Shown here one piece after another: positions 1-11,160 of a stretch of DNA of 64,000 bases. The stretch comes from Antedon mediterranea (taxonomy: Eukaryota > Animalia > Echinodermata), in contig NC_092670.1 of the NCBI RefSeq assembly GCF_964355755.1, positions 26,894,795 to 26,958,794 on the forward strand, in the 5' to 3' direction. Position 1 is the first letter of the stretch. Each line of letters opens with the position of its first letter. The notes under the pieces were generated by a model. It did no database searches. It was not told the DNA's origin and saw only the letters and a list, made by a program, of their open reading frames with translations. The translations under genes and the position numbers were made by a program.

Positions 1-3000
1 CGATTAATTTCCCGCTGTGGGATATCTATCCACGTGAAATCAGGGTACCAAGAGAATCCGCCGATTGGAACGTTTCGACGCACTGGAATGTATTCGAAAG
101 TCGTATCGCTAATTGTGTCAATAACAGGACATACTACATTGGTTCTGTTGAAATAAAATTGAAAATTATTAGTAACTTTTTGTGAAGTTACATTAAACAT
201 CATTAATTCAATACCACATTCAACATCATTAATTAAATACCACATTAAAAATCATTAATTTAATATAATGTACCGTTACTTCACATTCAATTTTAGTAAC
301 GTTTTCCTGGGTTGATTTTATTTAAATCTACATATTTATAGACTTAAAAAACATAGAAAAAAGGAGAATACAATACAACATATATATGAGAATGACACAA
401 CACAGATCAGCTATCAAAACATTAAAGCTTGATCAACCTGTAGCCGAAAATTTTAATTCAGCTGGTCACTATATATATATAATATATATATACGTTGAGT
501 CTGGAAAAGAAGTAAAAACTACAATTTGGTCTCTACAGTTTTAGCTCTACTTTACCGTATTGAGCACTTTCTAGACGGTTACATTGAACCGAACATTTAT
601 ATAATAGGCCTATATATATATATTCAATGGAGATACCAAAAAAAAGCGAAAAGCTAAATCAAAACGATAAAGTAAACAGCCAGAAAAGTTAGCAGAGCTT
701 TCGGGCAACACTAGCCCTTCATCAGTGCAATATATATATCATTGTCATTTTTTCAGTAATTTGCCTTTGGATTTATAAATTAATATATATTAATTTCAAA
801 TTAATTAACTAAATTTCATTTCGAGTCTCGGTTGGGGCGACTTTTTCTCATTCTCACAGATTTCCTCATCTTTATCGTTTCATAATAATTAATTAAATTT
901 CAGTATATCACCGGGCGGTTTAGAATTAATGTTCTTTGCCTGATGTGTATATGTATAAAAGTATCTCTTCGGAGATCCCGCTTCGTGAATAAGAATACTG
1001 AATATATATATATTATTCTTATCTTATACATCTTACGACCTTTTAAATGTTAATTAATGTTTAAAAGTTGATTCATGTAAAAAATATTATTTTAAAAAAC
1101 TAGTGCGTCGGCCGGGAATCGAACCCGGGACAATTGCTTGGAAGGCAACTATGTTAACCACTACACCACCGACGCCACATATAGTGAAAGTAAAAGAGCT
1201 AATATTCATACTTGTTTGAACACGTTGCAGTTTTGTTGTGACGTATTATTCAAGACTTCCCTGGAAAGTTTGTCACCAAAGGGCCGTTGTAAGGCTAAGC
1301 TTTGTTCGTTTATCAAATAAACTTCCTGTTAATTAGTTTACCTATTTTGTTGTAGTATTTTATAGGATATAATCATCAATTACAAAAATATGTTTGATTA
1401 GTAAATTGATAAAATATTGAGAATGAAATTCGAGCTTTTAAAAGCAATTATAAAATTTTAACTTCGTTCGAACACGTTACCCTTGTGTTGTACCGAGTAC
1501 TAGAAGGTCTGAAGATGAAAATGTATCTTAATTAGCCCTACACTTTGCTATGCAGTAACTCATCAAGAGGAAAATCTTTCTGATCTGTATTATACCGACT
1601 GAGTAATTTAATGTTTAAATTTTCATGAAGTGCCACCGATTTAAAGTTGAATGTTCAAATACGTATCCCTACTTACTTGTTATGACTACGTTTTATAAAT
1701 ATAAAGAAATGTTCTTATAACGTCTCCCTACAACATATACTGGATTGCCAAGAATGAACGAGTAGGCCTAGTCTATTACTATAGGTTTATGCCTATTTTG
1801 TTTCACCATAACATATACACTTGTATAGTGTAGTGTAGCTAATAGTAGGCATAACTATACCTTTGTTCGCTAATTCTGTCTAGAAGAGGCTCTAGCCAAC
1901 CTTTGGTAACTTCACAGTGAGAGTCTAGAAAAGTAAGTACATCACCCGTTGCTGCCGCTGCCCCTTGCATTCTCGCACGAATCAGCCCCTTGCGAGATTG
2001 AGTTCGTTCTACTAGAACACGTACGTGCAGAGTTTGAACATACTCGTTCAATTGTTCACTTAACCAATCTGTTTAGAAAAAAAATTTAAAGTCAGTTCAC
2101 TAATCATAGGGTGTCCGATCTTCGTTGGATCTTCTTTATAAAATCGTATTTACACAAGATATTTATGTCGATAAACAACATATTCAGTAGGCCTATAACA
2201 AAATTTAATCTTGAAAGAATAAATTAAATTGGAAGTGCGAGTCAGTGATAATTATTAATAAGTAGTCCTAATCATTTAAAATTAAATTTAAAAAATACAT
2301 CCATCTTTCATATGATTCTATTTGGGGACTAAATAAATAGGCATACAATATTGAATTCGGGAAAGCATGTGTTCGGGCGTAAACGTGGTGATTATTACTA
2401 TTACAATTTCAATTTCATATTCAACAAAACATAACAACACATATTTTCCATGCTTTTAAGTTGGAATAATCATTGAATTAGTTAGTGTATAAAATGTTAT
2501 ATATAAAATGTTATTTTCATCTTCGGCATTGGTAGATGAAATTCCTTTTCTTAATTATTTAGAAGAATTGGAAAAACAACACTCACTAAATGCATGATGT
2601 ATTTAAATCAAAATATTAACAATACTAACATTTTGATGATTCACTTGCATCGTCCACAAGAATAATTTCTTCAAGAAGTCTAGGTGGAGATTGACTAATA
2701 ACACTGTGTACTGTTCTTAATAGAGTGCTCCAAGCTTCGTTATGAAACACAATGATGACACTTGCCTTGGGAAGATCATCTCTTTCATAATATGTATATT
2801 TGCTGCATCTAATAGCGTGGTAGAATTAATAACAACTTTAGCCATTAGAGGAAAAATCCTCTTTTGTTTTAGATATTATACGATTGACATCACTAGAAAT
2901 CATTGTCGCAAAGTATTTTGGAATTTAAGAAATTCAACGTTTGTTGAGTCGCATTGTCCCAGGTTTTCACATCAACCTTTCAATAATGGAATATTTTCTA

Positions 3001-4028
3001 CATTATTAACGGCGGTTATAGCCATTGAGGCTAACATCACCTTCATTGTTGTCTATCTTTCTGACATTTTAAATTACATCAACGTGAATAGGGGTAAAAT
3101 GTAAATTCCATTATACTGCTTCAAGTATTTTGTAAAATATTAATTTTGCATAGTGCATATAATATTTTTATAGTGTTGAATTGAATTTAAGATCATTTGG
3201 AGTTTTGATTCAGACTCATTAAAAAGTTCATTCAAAGACAAACTTGGTTCTAAATCAATTATTGCTGGCTGCCAAAAAACTATAATTTGTATAAGAATTG
3301 CGTTTGTATGAAAGTAGGCCTAATTTAATCCCGTAAGGCCTAGGCCTATAGGCTACTTACCCCTCTGGTCGCACGTCAGGTAAACTTCTGTTTAAAGCAA
3401 TTTTATTGCTTTGAAATACATTAAATTGATTTTCTTCAAACGTAGCTTCCATTAGATGTGTCTCGTTATCAAGAGTCGTAGCAGGGTTTCCGTTTTCGCC
3501 CACACCATCTTCATTCCAGTTCATTAAAGAGTTCCTAGCAAGTTCACTAAGGTGCGGTGGCACTGTATGATTTGATTGTCTGTTATATCGTTTTCTCACG
3601 CTTTGGTAGTCACTGTGAAGTTTGTCAGAATTCATTAAAGGCAATCCAATGTTCTTTGTCGTGTGTTTAGCACGAATGATTTCTCGGCTGTCGTTCATTG
3701 ATTGTCTATAAGTCGGATGCTTTGATTGTTTCTGTTGAGTCGGCACTTCAGGAGTCTCATTGCCATCAACAAACGACTCAAATTTACCGTGAAATGTGTC
3801 CGTTTGTCTCATCTTTACACCAACGCTATGATCCACTACATTATTCCAATTTGTTTTATGATGTAATGAGTTCAAGTCTCGATTTTTCAGATTATACACC
3901 GTTCCTTGATTTGTTGGATTTCCTATATCATTTGTTATGAAAATCAAAATCGTAATATCAATAACACACCAAATAAATGACGTCAGAATCACTGCTTTAC
4001 AATACCTTTGGAATGTTGAACGCTTCAT
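1..4028 (-). CDS. Polypeptide N-acetylgalactosaminyltransferase (GT27, GALNT family), 5' part; gene continues past the left edge
   Basis: Coding exons 4028-3361, 2808-2630, 2068-1861 and 144-1 have GT-AG boundaries and consistent phases. Features: N-terminal type II TM segment, [62 protein letters not shown] (DxH), VVCPVIDTI and GGFSW. The paralog number cannot be assigned. Confidence 0.93.
625..780. mobile_element. Penelope-like element pLTR fragment (internally inverted)
   Basis: Matches a second copy at 55413-55565. Relative to that copy, 625-730 is inverted and 752-780 is direct. It carries a hammerhead motif and is flanked by (TA)n. Confidence 0.55.
689..730 (-). ncRNA. Minimal type I hammerhead ribozyme motif
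   Basis: Minus strand reads TTGCA-CTGATGA-A-GGGC-TAGTGTT-GCCC-GAAA-GCTC-TGC-TAA: CUGAUGA and GAAA cores, a 4-bp stem II, a GCA/UGC stem I, and palindromic AGCU in place of stem III. Confidence 0.7.
1104..1175 (-). tRNA. tRNA-Gly (TCC)
   Basis: Sequence GCGTCGGTGGTGTAGTGGTTAACATAGTTGCCTTCCAAGCAATTGTCCCGGGTTCGATTCCCGGCCGACGCA forms a complete cloverleaf with A and B boxes. An oligo-T Pol III terminator follows a few nt downstream. Confidence 0.95.
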
Positions 4029-5011
4029 GTTGCCTGAAAATAGAAGAATACCTAAAAATAAATTCAGATACTATAAAATACAAATACAATGCTAATTTCC
4101 TCAAAGTAAATGTTTCACATTCTATTGATTTTATATTGTGTGTAAACACAAAGTAACTCTCTTCAGAGAGGAAGTCCATAATGTGAACATGATGTTTACC
4201 CTTAATGAACAAGACCACTGTGCTGTCAATGAACGGCCCTGGTGATCTAATCATGCGCAGTCGAGTCACTGATGTGCCTACATATTCAGGAAGGCCTTCA
4301 TAAACTTTATATTGACGGCGACAAGTTAATTAAAGTAATGCAGTTGATTTAAAACAATGGCGGCAATATCATTTACATAATATATACAACCTTCTTAATG
4401 AATACAATACATCTATCCAAATATTAGTAATTTCTAAGTATTGTTAGAGAGACGCGATATTCATTCCATTATTTTTATTTTTACATCATTTTACTGTAAT
4501 CTTTGACCCAATAAAAGATATTTTGAAAATGCTATACGTCTGGCATTATTTTAATAAATAAACAAACAAACAACAGAACGATCAAAGCAACACTCATCAG
4601 TAATAAAATAATTAAATATTTAAGATGGAATTAGAATTTAGAATCTTTCAATATTTTCGGATTTCAGAAAGGAATAGGCAAAACCAACGTCGTTTGTAGT
4701 ATTTGTATTTGAAAATGTGAATGTGATTAAGCAAGCTGAATCGAAACAAGATAGTCTCGTCTGGATGAAATAATTCATTCAATCACTTTTGATTGGGTCA
4801 CAATATATTCATGTTTAACAACATTTCCTGCCTTTTCTGTGGCATATTTTGTATGAAGACTTTATGGAAATATTTACGACGTAATAATGTTTGTGACACC
4901 ATCAAAAAGCAGTTAAAATTCCTTTGGAGGAAGTTTAACATATTGTTTGACATTGATTCATAAGAAAATGTAATTAATTGTATTTAAAACTATTTAATTT
5001 ATACGTAAAAC

Positions 5012-5773
5012 AATTAAGCCTTTTCAATTTGTATTGTTGTTATTCTTATATTCCGTATCTTGTTCATAATTGTACATTTACGTTGCAATTTTGCAATAAA
5101 GATTGTTTATTTTGGCCATTTGTCGGTAAGTTAATTTGTACGGTACTATAATAGACCTAAAGGCAATTCCTATTTATTTTTGTATTTGAGGAAACTAAAT
5201 ATCGATTTGATATACAGTATAACAAAGGCCGAACAAAGTAGACCTAAAAGAATGAATGAATTGCTATTTGTATCAAAATCGACTAAAATGTTTGATGAAT
5301 CCAATTATAGATTTGCAGGAAATTGTCGTTCAGTAATCTACTTTGTCTGATCCCAAGATGTCTTTTAAAAGACCGAATCACAAGTTTCGTAAAATAATTA
5401 AGCTTTTTCAATGTTTATTGTTGTTATTCTTATATTCCGTATCTTGTTCATAATTGTACATTTACTTTGCAATTTTGGGAATAAAGATTGTTTATTTTGG
5501 CCATTTGCTGGTAAGTTAATTTGTACGGTACTATAATAGACCTAAAGACAATTCCTACTTACTTTTGTATTTGAGCAAACTAAATATCGATTTGATATAC
5601 AGTATAACAAAGGCCGAACAAAGGAGGCCTAAAAAAATGAATGAATTGCTATTTGTATCAAAATCGACTAAAATGTTTGATGAATTCAATTATAGATTTG
5701 CAGGAAATTGTCGTTCAGTGAGCTACTTTGTCTGATCCCAAGATGTCTTTTAGAATACTGAATCACAAGTTTC
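5012..5773. repeat. Tandem duplication, two ~380-bp copies
   Basis: 5012-5388 and 5396-5773 align at an offset of about 384 with scattered substitutions. Confidence 0.85.
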
Positions 5774-8700
5774 ACAGGAGTAGGCAATATTTTATTTGAT
5801 TGATTTCAGGAACATTTAAAAGACATGACTTTGATTGTGCCGAGATATTTACCAAATTAAACTATTGTAGTAGTTCTATTTATTTTGATTATTGATAATT
5901 TTTTTTGTTAAACAGGAAATGTTTTAAGTGAATGTGAATTTCCTGTGCGTTATGAAAATAATAGGTTATGCCTACTTATAGGCTAAACAATTTTTGGATG
6001 TTTAATTTTGAAGAAAAAAAAAAGCAAATAAAAGATGTCATACAATAAATAATTGCACCAATGGGCTAGGCATACTACATACTACGAATCTAGGATTAAT
6101 GTGTCAATTTAGCTTAATTATACTTTTTAGATTAATTACTCATTTTTCTTTAACATTCTTTCAAACTGACGATAGACCGTTTTAATAAATAAATAATAAT
6201 ATAAAACTATAAATACAGTGATTTCAATTCACAATCATTTGAAATTGTCTTCATCATGGAGCTAAACTTGACTAAAAATACGCTAAATCTTACCTTTGCA
6301 ACTTGCATGATTGATAAAGCTATTTGAATAACTGAACTACATAATCTTGTTTTTTAAAACATTAATTTGTCATTGTCCGATAAGTTGTGAATCATCTTGA
6401 CGTGCGTTGATTCCGCCGTAGAGATTAAAATAAACCTGATGAAAAAACCTTATGTTACTGCGCCCTCTTAAAATTGATGCGAAGAAAGGCCCTTTCAGAT
6501 ATTTCGCCTGTACTTTAGAGGCCTCCAAGAACAGGCGTTCATTCATCAGACCAAAAAATAAATAAATAAAAAAATATGGTGACATTGGCGAATACAAAAT
6601 ACAGTTTCACGTCCTTTCACCCAAAAACTTAAATAGACAATACTACTGGTATTATATTCGTTTATATTCTGTAAGAAAATAAGGTAAATAAAACCATTCA
6701 ATTTAGCATAAAAGTTGCAAGATCGTAATAGTTAGTTAAATGTTAGTTTTAGATATTTTACTATTACCACTTTCTTTGTTCAGGAAAGTACTCTTTCCTG
6801 GTCTGTTGAAATAACATGACAGGCCTGATAATAACTAACAATTTTTTTAATTGGCCTAATTCTATTCACTTTGACCAAAATATGGATGTAAACAAAATTA
6901 ACTGAGTTTAGTTGAGTTAAGTTTCAGATTTCAGTCCTCCATTTTTATATAGGATCTAGTTATAACATAATCAAATAACAGTAGTAAAATAGAAAGAGAA
7001 AAAACACCAATGTTCGTATAATTGGCCACCCAATGATAACAGTAAAATAAAATAAGTTATAAAACAAAAAAACATCGTCATTATAATAGTGTTCACACTT
7101 TATAATTTTATTTAAAAAGTGAATTCGTTCAAATGGGTACAATTTTGAAGGTCAAAAAGTCCCAAAGTCTGCCTGCTTTATTTCGCCGGATGAAATATTA
7201 TAGCCTCTCTACTCGAACACAAATAAGATCACAAATAAGATAGTTTAACGAGAAAATTTTAATCATGTATTTTACCGCCATTTCTCTTTTTTACATTTTA
7301 ATTAACATTGTATCTAAACTTTTAAATGAAAACAAATATGGTTAATACTGAATTCAAGCATCTTATTATGTAAATATACCAGTATTTTAACTACTTTAAA
7401 AACTTACTTTTAATGGTCACAATTGTACTTATATGTATTATAATATATTCACCAATGAGAATTTAATAAACGTGCGATGAACTCACACAAGACTACAACA
7501 AAAAAGGCTTATACATTGTGCTCTACATAGGCGAAACAAAAACATGTTAGCAGGATACGGGATAAAATATAGCACTGATATAACAAGTAGATGAATGGTT
7601 TGATAACATCAAAAGTTACTGATCTCACTTATTGCAATATGTAAGAATTCTTGACGAAAATTAGTATATTTGTCATCAAATTGGTATATTTGTTATGTTT
7701 AAAGTTATATATTATATAATTATATATTTATATAATTATATATGTATAGGCCTGTATATGACGTTATTCAGCCTTTTAGATGAATATAATGTATCCAAAA
7801 TTAAAATTCCTAATTTGCATATTCAAATTCACAAATGATGTAATTTTCTTCTAAATTCGATTAAAAATGTTTGGAACACATGAATTAAGTGTGATACCCT
7901 GATAGTTGTTGAGATCACGTCGATCTCCTTTTTTTTATATATTGGGATAATTATCCCTTCATTCCGGAATAGTTTCAGTTTGTATAATTCTGGTAAACAA
8001 TTTTTGAAGTGATAATGTGATTAGATTGCCTCCGGTTTTTTACATCATCTAAAATATGATCACAATGAATAATTATTATTACTGTTACAATTATTATCAT
8101 CGGAAGAGTGGAGAATATCGTTACTATTACTTATTAGTTGTATTCAATTTTGCAATATTGCCGAAGTGTAATTATATTACAAATTGTTCATATCGTTATG
8201 GTCTGAACTATATCTCGAGGTTCCTGGTATTACGATAGAATCAACATTTTGTGCCTGCCTTTAAATTTATTCCAAAATTCCTTAGATTGAGGCCCCTCCT
8301 TTATCCATAATTTTTTAGCAATTTGATATTTTCTTTTGCATAATTTTACGTTTAAAAAGGGATTAACAGAATTTCTGCTTCTCTTGGTATGTTTCCCATA
8401 GAGAATTACAATAAATGGTTTTTCAAAATCAATATTATGTTTATTTTAGAATACAATCTATGTGCTCGACACGATTGTCTTTGTTGATTTATCGCATATT
8501 TTGTTTCTTTATCAAACCATATTTTCTTGTTTGATCTCGTTTCATATAGCTTATTGTATTCTATGCAACTAGCGTAACTTTGTTTTCCCCTCTATCCAAG
8601 CATCTTCCCAATCTTCAAATTTATAGTTATTTGAACTACTAAAATCACTCCAATCTGTAGGAATATTCCAATGTTTTGTGTTAGTTTTTGTCAACTTACT

Positions 8701-10439
8701 TGTTTTACAAATATTATTCTCTATTAGTGTGATTACAAGAATGTTATATTTAATTTTTTTTTACTTCATAGGTTTCTTCTGAAACCATGGCGTATTACTA
8801 TTTATTTATTCATAGGAACCACCTTTATATCGGTGACACAAATTTATCAGTTAATGGTGCATCCAATTTAGAGACAAATTACAAATAACATAAGCCACAA
8901 AGTTCTAAATACTAATATATAACATCAAACCAAAATGTAAACTAATTAATTAAATATGTATGGATGGATGTAACCATGGCGACCGCACAATCGGTTGGTA
9001 ATTATACCGTTAAACAAATCTTCGTTAAAGATGACGATATCAGAAGTAAAGAAGAGGCCTATCTAAAAGAAGAAGATATATACTTCTCATTAAATGATGT
9101 TATAGATTGTGAGCACCTAATTAGGCACAGAAAGTCAAGCACTTAAATGGCGTATTTATATAGACGACCATGCGGAAAGAGTAAAAGCAATTACATCGGG
9201 TCTAAACATAAAAGGAAAGCATATTGATGTTTTTGATCCCGTTTTTGATACAAACCCATATATTTCAGCCCCTGTTTGCCCCCCCTGACAAGACCCCCTT
9301 GTTAAAGACCATATTTTTAAATAATAATAATAATATACGGAACCGGTTTTTTTGGCGCCTAAAGCCTGTTTTCCCGTCGCGAATTTTTACACATTTTTTA
9401 CGCGATCGTGGTTTCTTAGTTCTTTCGACGTTGCTGGGACACATGGACGTGAAGTTTTGCAAAGTCAAGGCCGGTCACGCGCAGCAGCCGGGCCCGTGTG
9501 AAAATTGAAAAAGTTACGGGTTTTGATGCTTCAACCCAGCCGGCCTAGGACATGTTTTCGCTGATATCTTAATCTAGGCTTTACACTAAAGACAAACATT
9601 AAATTTAATTGTTTTTATATTAAAATTTTGTTTTACTTACACACTTGTTATTTTGAAATATCAGACTTTAAAAGAGTACAAAAAACATAATGGTCGCGTT
9701 GTAAAAAATCAAGAATTGTCAGCGCGTACGTATTTTTTCACAAACAATGATGACGTAATTTATGAACTATTTGATTGGGCAGTCAGTTTTACCGATCATA
9801 ACGTTGAAGTTGAACTCGGTTCAACTTTAACAAAAAATTGAAGATTAAATAACGATTTTTAATGTAGACTTGTACCCCCTTTTCTTGTAAAATCATATGT
9901 AAATGGGTGCATAATATTACAAAAGGTGGGGCCGGAGCCGCCACCCCTAAATCCGCCCCTGGGATCTCAAATATATATCCAATCTCCAGACAGTACTGTT
10001 TCGATCTTATTAGATCTCGTCAGTGCAGCTCAGGTTTCGAAATAAAATGTACCGACCGCAGAATAAGACAGGATGTGACGTCACATACACATCAATAACC
10101 TCGCTACCAAATAGTTTATACGGCAATTATGGTACCATCTTCGAGACGTCATATGACTACATCCGGGTTGAAATTAAAAAATCCGGCTCTATAGCTTTGA
10201 GGACATGTCCCCGTAGTATATTCATGCCAAATCCCAGCTCAATACTACAACAAATAAGGGAAGAGTAGTACTTTATAAATCGCACTTTTTACTCAATAGT
10301 GTCGGATGGAGGAGAGGAGAAGGTGAGAGAGTACATCGAGTTAAAAACAAGCACGAATGTGCAATACTCGGGGTACAGCGAAAGAAGCTGTATACAGACA
10401 CAGTATACAGTTATTTCACCATAAAGTTAAAGAAAAATA

Positions 10440-10510
10440 GGTTTCGCCAGGGCTCGAACCGGTTCCTTCTGCGTGTTAAGCAGACTTGACAACCACTACA
10501 CTACGAAACC
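10440..10510 (-). pseudogene. tRNA-Val (AAC)-like, degenerate
   Basis: Acceptor stem GGTTTCG/CGAAACC and anticodon arm TCTGC-TTAACAC-GCAGA are intact. The D stem and T stem have mismatches, the variable region is 1 nt short, and the discriminator A is absent. Confidence 0.75.
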
Positions 10511-10725
10511 TACTTACACTAAAAATGTGGGTTACAGAAAGTTTTTTAATCCATTTAAATTACAAATAAATATGGTAATAAGCACAAAGCAAAATAAACA
10601 TGTGTAAAAGTGATAATTACCGATTACGCAAAATAAGTATTTTAAAAAATAATAAAAATAAGATATACTGTGTATAATTATCATATTGCGTATACAGTAC
10701 TTTTCACCATAAAGTTTTAAAAAAA

Positions 10726-10797
10726 GGTTTCGCCCGGGCTCGAACCAGGTACCTTCTGCGTGTTAAGCAAACGTGATAACCACAACGCCAAGAAGCC
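10726..10797 (-). pseudogene. tRNA-Val (AAC)-like, degenerate
   Basis: Sequence GGCTTCTTGGCGTTGTGGTTATCACGTTTGCTTAACACGCAGAAGGTACCTGGTTCGAGCCCGGGCGAAACC has acceptor-stem mismatches and shares its 3' flank with the 10440 copy. Confidence 0.7.
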
Positions 10798-11160
10798 GCA
10801 TATAACTACATAACGCTGTGGTGTGTGTCACACATTGTGGCTTTTTAATTAAACAAATTAATTAACAAATAAGCACGAATGTGCGATACTCGGTGTACAG
10901 CAAATGAAGCTGTAATGACGTCATAAGACGGGATGTGACGTCACATACACATCAATAACCTACCAAATACGGCTATATGGTACCATCTTCGAGACGTCTT
11001 ATGGCTGCATCTGGTTTGAAAATGAAAAATCCGGCTCTATAGCTTTGAGGACATGTGCCTTTAGTATATTCATGCGAAATCCCAGCTCAATACTACAACG
11101 AATAAGGGAGGAGTAGTACTTTGAAAATCGCACTTTTTACTCAATAGTGTCCAGATCACC

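Larger units (their letters stand above)
10064..11151. repeat. Locally duplicated block around the tRNA-Val pseudogenes
   Basis: About 10064-10302 is repeated at about 10924-11151. AAGCACGAATGTGC.ATACTCGG occurs at about 10349 and 10871. Confidence 0.75.

Noticed and set aside
1138-1320. 60-aa ORF
   Set aside because: It overlaps the tRNA-Gly antisense and has no recognisable motif.
2742-3104. 120-aa hydrophobic ORF
   Set aside because: It is antisense to a GALNT exon and intron, and its composition is explained by AT-richness.
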